DNA of 64,000 nucleotides from an uncultured Acidobacteriota bacterium. Lineage in GTDB: Bacteria > Acidobacteriota > UBA6911. Below are positions 58,853 through 64,000 of this stretch, piece after piece. The translations under genes were made by a program, and so were the position numbers. The notes beneath the pieces are model-generated. The model saw nothing but the letters and a program-made list of their open reading frames with translations. It was not told the DNA's origin and did no database searches. The stretch is taken from NCBI GenBank assembly GCA_963843575.1, contig CAWJKZ010000004.1:64001-128000 (forward strand), in the 5' to 3' direction. Numbering within the stretch: position 1 is the first letter of the stretch; every line of letters starts with the position of its first letter.

Positions 58853-59620
58853 TCAGTCCTCTATCACTATCGGGATCTGGGCCATCACGAGGCCGCGCAG
58901 GTGAAGCGCAAGCGCGCACACGGGCTCGCTGCAGGTAATGCGGACAAACCCCACCTCGTCCGTGAGATCAGGGAACAGCTCAAAGAGAAATCGTGCCGTC
59001 TGGGAGTGAGGTCCCAAGTTGATCTGAGTGGTCCCGAGCACGGTCACCCCATCTGAACCGATGACTTCCAGGGTGCAGATCGCGGTCTGATTCGTTGAGG
59101 CATTCGTGAGCGCCAGCCCTATGCCGGCCCCGTCGGCCTGGTCGGCGTAAAAGGCGGCCCGGCGGAACTGCTGGCCCGGGACCACGATGGCTTCCGACAC
59201 AATGTTGCCAACGCCGTCGAGCAGCTGGAGCCGGGACTGGACCTGGATCCGGTTCTGCGATTGGATCATCGCGTATCCGGCCTGCATCGCACCCCCGCCG
59301 CCGGACTGATAGCCGACCGCAGCACGGGCGCGAATGGGTTCCGGATCGAACTGCCCGCCGGGCCCCGCATGCGCAGGGGAACCGGAACCGCCGCGGCGCC
59401 TCATTTCAAGCTGAATAGGTGTGCCGTTGTTGTCGTAGAAATTCAACCGCACCTGTGCCTGGGTCTGATCCTGATTCTGCAGTATCAGTGTCGTGCGCCA
59501 TTGGAACGGGCCGGCGCTGCCGTCGAGAAACTGAGGGACACAAACCTGCGTTTGCGCCAAAGCGCTCGCGCCCTGCAGCCAGAGTGCCGCAATGCCAAAT
59601 GTGAGTAAGTTGCGAATCAT
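58853..59620 (-). CDS. Secreted hypothetical protein (beta-rich)
   Basis: GAGGAG RBS, signal peptide; VPQFLDG..W.TTLILQN, GIGLALTN, ARFLFELFP. Confidence 0.7.
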   Translation of the reverse strand: MIRNLLTFGIAALWLQGASALAQTQVCVPQFLDGSAGPFQWRTTLILQNQDQTQAQVRLNFYDNNGTPIQLEMRRRGGSGSPAHAGPGGQFDPEPIRARAAVGYQSGGGGAMQAGYAMIQSQNRIQVQSRLQLLDGVGNIVSEAIVVPGQQFRRAAFYADQADGAGIGLALTNASTNQTAICTLEVIGSDGVTVLGTTQINLGPHSQTARFLFELFPDLTDEVGFVRITCSEPVCALALHLRGLVMAQIPIVIED

Positions 59621-60109
59621 GATCGTACTCCTCGATAACCGATTGGGTTGCTCATGGGCTCACCAGAGAGCCCGACTTTTTCTCAGATCTTCCCTGTTGA
59701 GGTCTGCATTTCATGTTCCAGGGGTCGCGAGAAAACGAGGGAGGGTTCTTTCGGCCAGCGAAACCTTGTAGTAACAGCCGCATACGTTCCATGCCCATTC
59801 CGGCCTGAACTGCGCGCCCGAAGCGCGGGCCGCAGTATTTGCATGGCGGAAGTTGTCGCGTGCAGACTTTGCACTCGACTCCTCGACGACGATCAAGGTG
59901 ATTGCGATGCCAGGCGCACCTGCCGGCCAGCCAAGGCAAGGTTGCCTGGAACCGTAATGGCAGGTATATTCCGATCGAAAAATAGGCAACGGCACTCACG
60001 GGAGCGGCTGGGCGGCTGAGGGAGCCATGTTGCGTGTCCGTCTGTAGCGTTGCCCTGTGGGGAGGCACGAATGGAGAAGCGCAGGACAGCCTGGTTCAGG
60101 GTGCTGCTT

Positions 60110-60239
60110 GGCATGCCGTCGCGTGCTCATCGAAATGAGATCCTTCGCCGGCACAGAGCCGCTGAGAGACGATTTGACTCTGCTGGTCGTCCGCCTCGTG
60201 CCGCCCCCGGACACAGGAGGCGCGCAACCAAACGCATGA
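60110..60239 (+). pseudogene. C-terminal remnant of a PP2C/SpoIIE phosphatase
   Basis: EMRSFAGTEPLRDDLTLLVVR is a typical SpoIIE terminal DD.T motif; the rest of the gene is absent. Confidence 0.55.
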
Positions 60240-60772
60240 AGACGGGATAGCGACATCTCAGATGGGCTTTCGAGCAACATGGAGTCCCTCCCGGCCAACC
60301 TGAGAGTCTGTCACAGAATAACAGGCCCACTTTGGCGCGAGCGCCGGGCGGGAGATTCAGTTTCATCAACCGCGCGCCGCTGGACATGCGCCCGCAGCCG
60401 AAGTTCGAGTCGCGCGCCGTGGTCACCGACGCCTCGCGCAAGATGTACCGCCCCAAGGCGGAGCCCATCGTCGCGCCGATCGCCGACAAGGTCCTGGACC
60501 TCGGGCAAATCGAGGTGAAGAGGGGCGGCATCCTGGTCAAGCCCATCACGGCGCGCCTGTTCAGAGCGGTTGCGTTGATGCCCTCCGAGGTGAGGGACAC
60601 CGCGGTCTATGAGCAGTTGGGCTACTGCCAGATGAGGAAGCGCCGCTACCGGGAGGCGCTGGGCCCGTTCGAAGCCGCATGCAAGATCAATCCGCGTTCG
60701 CCGGGGGCGGCATATCTCCTGCGGTCCTGCTGCAGCAGGACCGGACGGTCGGGAGCGACAGGAAGGTTGAAC

Positions 60773-61225
60773 GTGCTCGACATATTCATCGATGCCGACG
60801 GCTGCCCCGTAAAGCAGGAAGTGTATCGCGTCGCGCAGCGATACAGCTTGCACGTTACTGTTGTCGCCAATTCACGGATCACCATACCGTCCGGGGATTG
60901 GGTAGATCTCGTCGTTGTTGAAGGGCAGTTCGACGCCGTCGATGACTGGATCGTGGAGCATGTCGCGGCGAACGACATCGTGATCTCGGCGGACATCCCC
61001 CTGGCGGCGCGCTGTCTCGATAAAGGAACTCTGGTTCTCGGTCACCGCGGGGATACGTTCACGCAGGATTCCATCGGCGAAGCCCTTGCGAGCCGCGCGT
61101 TGCTGGCGCATGTTCGGGAACTCGGAACAATAACGAGGGGCCCCGCTCCGTTCGACAAGCGTGATAGATCCCGTTTCCTTCAGCGCCTGGACGAGACCAT
61201 TCAGGCAGCTCGGAGGAGAGGGTGA
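60773..61225 (+). CDS. YaiI/YqxD (UPF0178) family protein
   Basis: IFIDADGCPVK, VVAN, DAVDDWI, ADIPLAARCL, GPAPF...DRSRFLQ.LD; GTG start after AGGAAGG. Confidence 0.92.
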   Translation: MLDIFIDADGCPVKQEVYRVAQRYSLHVTVVANSRITIPSGDWVDLVVVEGQFDAVDDWIVEHVAANDIVISADIPLAARCLDKGTLVLGHRGDTFTQDSIGEALASRALLAHVRELGTITRGPAPFDKRDRSRFLQRLDETIQAARRRG

Positions 61226-61453
61226 GCCGCACTCCACCACGGCTCCTCGCCGGCAACCGAACGGTTGGTGCTTCAATTCTCCTGCTCGGATTCCATCTGC
61301 TGTGGATTGCTTGATCCTGAACACAAAAACGGCTCAGAAGCTCCGCGATCCGGGAGCGATCTCGCCGCCGGGCCCACGGCCCGCGGATGCCGAGGACAGG
61401 ACAGGGCCAGACCCCTGCGCCGATGGAGCCACCTCTCAGTCCGCCCTTTACGC

Positions 61454-61483
61454 TTGCCACCTCAGAAACTGAATTGATAGCAT
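61454..61483 (+). promoter_or_regulatory. Putative sigma70 promoter of the riboswitch leader
   Basis: TTGCCA-N18-TAGCAT with an extended -10 TG; predicted +1 falls at about 61490, the riboswitch 5' end. Confidence 0.6.
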
Positions 61484-61489
61484 GGCGGC

Positions 61490-61537
61490 GGTGATGAGGT
61501 TCGCCATAACCGGCACCTGTACCTGATGGCTCCTACC
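61490..61537 (+). ncRNA. Fluoride riboswitch (crcB motif)-like aptamer
   Basis: GGUGAUGAGGUUCGCCAUAACCG...CUGAUGGCUCCUACC vs the known pattern GGCGAUGGAGUUCGCCAUAAACGC...CUAAUGACUCCUAC; P1 GGUGA/UCGCC is intact, the pseudoknot has one mismatch. Confidence 0.75.
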
Positions 61538-61564
61538 TTGAGGCAATCCTCGGGAGGGGACTGC

Positions 61565-61616
61565 AAAAACAGGAGACCCTGCCTGAGCTGAAGTTCGGGG
61601 AGGGTTTTTCTGTTTT
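61565..61616 (+). terminator. Hairpin with U-rich 3' side in the efflux operon leader (candidate expression platform)
   Basis: AAAACAGGAGACCCT-GCCTGAGCT-GA-AGTTCGGGG-AGGGTTTTTCTGTTTT. Confidence 0.55.
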
Positions 61617-61740
61617 GAGCGGTCTCATCCGGGGATGTGCCGGGGTGATCCAGCCCCACGTTCGCACGCGGCGGAACGAACCGCCCTCGGTTTGAAATCG
61701 ATTCAGTGTTTGCGCTCAATCACGATGAGGGAATTAATCC

Positions 61741-63021
61741 GTGCGCAATCTCTTTTTGATCGTAGGTTTTCTTGTAGCATCCGTTATGTGCGCACCCGCG
61801 CAGCAAGCCTCTCAAGTCCTCACATTGCAGGATTGCATCCGGCTGGCAGAGGCGGCGCCGTCGACGGTGAGCATTGCCGAACGGGAGCAGGAGATCGCGG
61901 CGCGCGATATTTCACAGGCTCGCGCCGGCTACCTCCCGCAATCTCATCTGGCGAACGGCTTCACCTACAACAGCCCCTTGCTCTACAACCGCGAGGTCTT
62001 CAGTCACCTGCCGCTGAACGGGATTCGTGAATATGCGATGCTTCTCAGCGTGAACCAGGAAGTCGACACATCCGGCCGACTGCGCGCCCAAATGTCCAGG
62101 GCGCGCATTTCACGGGAAATAGCATCCACGGGCATTACGCTGGCCCGGCGCGACCTCAAGCGGGCGGTAACGGCTTCTTATTACCAGGCTCTCCTGACAC
62201 GGCGCATCGTCCGGATTGCGCAAGAGGCGCTCCTGGAGGGCCAGGGCTTCGAGAAGCGCACCAGCCTGCTGTTCGACGGGGGAGAGGTGGCACAAGCCGA
62301 TCTCGTGAAAGCTTCGGCGCAAGCAGCCTTCCTTCAGCAGGCGGTGAATGCCGCGCAACTCGACCAGAAGCTCGCCGAGCAGGAACTGGCCTCTTTCTGG
62401 ACCGCCGACGTGGCCCGGCCACTTGCGCTGGCCGACGTTCTCGACGATGCTCCTCCCGCCCCCGACGGCGCAGCCACGCAATCCGCCCCCTTCCTCAAGC
62501 GCCCTGAATTCAGCCTTTTCGATGCGCAGCAGAGGGGCTTTCAGGCCGACGCGAGGCGCGCGCGGGCCGACCTGCTTCCGCAGTTGGGCGTAGCCTTTCA
62601 GTACGGCATCGATTCCACTGCCGTCGTGATACGTGATCGTGGCTACGCCGCCTTTCTCAACCTCACGATCCCGATCTTCGACTGGAACAGGGCGCGCTCA
62701 GCGATGCAGCAGGCACGGCTGAAAGAACAGCAAACAGAACAGACGCGCGCTATGTCCGAGCGCGCGTTTTCGAAAGAGTATCAAAACGCGCTCGCGCGGG
62801 TTAGGCAGCTCTTCGAGCAGATCCCATTGACCCAACGCCAGGCGAAACTCGCAGAGGATGATCTGCGGTTGAGCCGAATCCGCTATGAGGGCGGCGAGGG
62901 ATCGGCCCTGGACGTCGTGACCGCGCAAAATCAAGTGGCGCAGGCAAGGACGAATCAGTACGCCACGATCGCGAATTATCTCAATGCCAAGGCAGACCTG
63001 GAGGTTGCAGCCGGACGATGA
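61741..63021 (+). CDS. TolC-family outer membrane efflux protein
   Basis: Signal peptide, LTLQDCIRLA, ARAGYLPQ, LTIPIFDW, RYEGGEGSALDVVTAQ. Confidence 0.9.
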   Translation: MRNLFLIVGFLVASVMCAPAQQASQVLTLQDCIRLAEAAPSTVSIAEREQEIAARDISQARAGYLPQSHLANGFTYNSPLLYNREVFSHLPLNGIREYAMLLSVNQEVDTSGRLRAQMSRARISREIASTGITLARRDLKRAVTASYYQALLTRRIVRIAQEALLEGQGFEKRTSLLFDGGEVAQADLVKASAQAAFLQQAVNAAQLDQKLAEQELASFWTADVARPLALADVLDDAPPAPDGAATQSAPFLKRPEFSLFDAQQRGFQADARRARADLLPQLGVAFQYGIDSTAVVIRDRGYAAFLNLTIPIFDWNRARSAMQQARLKEQQTEQTRAMSERAFSKEYQNALARVRQLFEQIPLTQRQAKLAEDDLRLSRIRYEGGEGSALDVVTAQNQVAQARTNQYATIANYLNAKADLEVAAGR

Positions 63022-64000
63022 GAAAACGTAGCCTGATATTCCTCTTCCTTGTCGCACTAGCGGGCTGTTCCTCACCCGAGGAGACCCCTCCCAGTCCCGT
63101 CGTGGACGTGAAGGTCGCCAAAGCCGGGACCGCCGATGTCAAGATCACCGTGCGTGCCCCCGCCACTGTCTTTGCCCGCGAGCAAGCCAACATCAGCAGC
63201 CGTGTTACGGCGCCCATTCACAAGCTGCTCGTCCGGAAGGGAGACAACGTTGCGGCGGGCCAGGTGCTGGCGCAACTCGACAACCGGGACCTGCTTGCCC
63301 AGCAGAGAGAAGCACTGGCGGCGGTCACGGACGCCGAAGCCAACCTGCAACGCATGACCACTGGGACGCTGCCGACGGACGTCGAGCGGGCGCGCGGGCA
63401 AGTGGTCAGCGCGGAGGCGGCGCTGAACCAAGCCCAGAAGATTCACGACCGGCGGCGCCAGCTGTTCGACCAGGGAGCCATCCCCCAGCGCGAGCTGCTG
63501 GTGAGCCAGACCGAACTGGCACAGGCGAGGGCTTCCTACGAGGTGGCGAAAAATACTCTCGATCTGCTCCAGAACCAATCGCGCGACAAGGACATCCTCA
63601 TCGCCAGAAGCAAGGTGGAGCAGGCCCAGGCGCGGCTCGCTCTCGTCAGGGCGCAACTCGAGTTCACCGAGATTCGGAGCGCAACGGCGGGGACGATCAC
63701 CGAGCAGTTCATGTTTCCCGGCGACATGGCGAAACCTGACGCACCGCTTTTCACCGTCATGGATTTGAGCGTTGCAGTCGCTCGCGCCCAGATGCCGGAG
63801 AGCGCAGCCGTTGCGGTCAGAGTGGGGGAGCCGTGCACATTCGTGCCTTCCGACAACAGGGGGGCTTCATTCGGCGGCCGCGTCTCGATGGTCAACCAGG
63901 CGGTCGATCCTGCCCGCCAAACCGTCGAGGCCTGGTGCGAAATCCCGAACCCGAGGCGCCTCCTTCGGGGCGGAGTGTTTGGACAGGCAATGATCGTCAC
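63018..64000 (+). CDS. Efflux periplasmic adaptor (membrane fusion protein), 3' end outside window
   Basis: ATGA overlap with tolC; lipobox LAGC; ISSRVTAPIHKLLVRKGDNVAAGQVLAQLD, coiled coil, TEIRSATAGTI, VDPARQTVE. Absent from the ORF track because there is no stop in the window. Confidence 0.9.
   Translation, partial: MRKRSLIFLFLVALAGCSSPEETPPSPVVDVKVAKAGTADVKITVRAPATVFAREQANISSRVTAPIHKLLVRKGDNVAAGQVLAQLDNRDLLAQQREALAAVTDAEANLQRMTTGTLPTDVERARGQVVSAEAALNQAQKIHDRRRQLFDQGAIPQRELLVSQTELAQARASYEVAKNTLDLLQNQSRDKDILIARSKVEQAQARLALVRAQLEFTEIRSATAGTITEQFMFPGDMAKPDAPLFTVMDLSVAVARAQMPESAAVAVRVGEPCTFVPSDNRGASFGGRVSMVNQAVDPARQTVEAWCEIPNPRRLLRGGVFGQAMIV

Overview
This is a GC-rich bacterial chromosomal window. 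Tat-signal Gfo/Idh/MocA proteins, TonB_C fusions and DUF4091-like glycosidases tentatively suggest Acidobacteriota or a similar uncultured lineage. No rRNA, tRNA, CRISPR array or intact transposase was seen. Several genes carry single-base frameshifts typical of long-read errors, and many short gene remnants are present. Main blocks, in order: a frameshifted AcrB/OprM-type efflux pair; secreted hydrolases; an oxidoreductase plus a divergent PvcA/Dit1 (isonitrile synthase)-like gene next to a GT4; an ABC exporter; a TctC / TctA-TctB / A-T-C-A-T NRPS / aldo-keto reductase operon; sugar-catabolic genes; a four-gene conflict/immunity-like island at 31.1-41.1 kb; GGT, DegQ, S2P-CBS and a Tat-exported Fe-SOD; a convergent PadR cluster bracketed by two copies of a 19-bp palindrome; and a promoter / fluoride-riboswitch-like motif / hairpin leader upstream of a TolC-MFP efflux operon. 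The island encodes TPR-patatin-TM, NDT-TPR, DUF4062/TIR-like-NB-ARC with a LysM-like motif, and TIR-TM-TonB_C. Top leads are that island, the fluoride riboswitch in front of a tripartite efflux pump, the PadR regulon and the TTT-NRPS operon. All family calls come from motif recognition by eye; no database searches were run.
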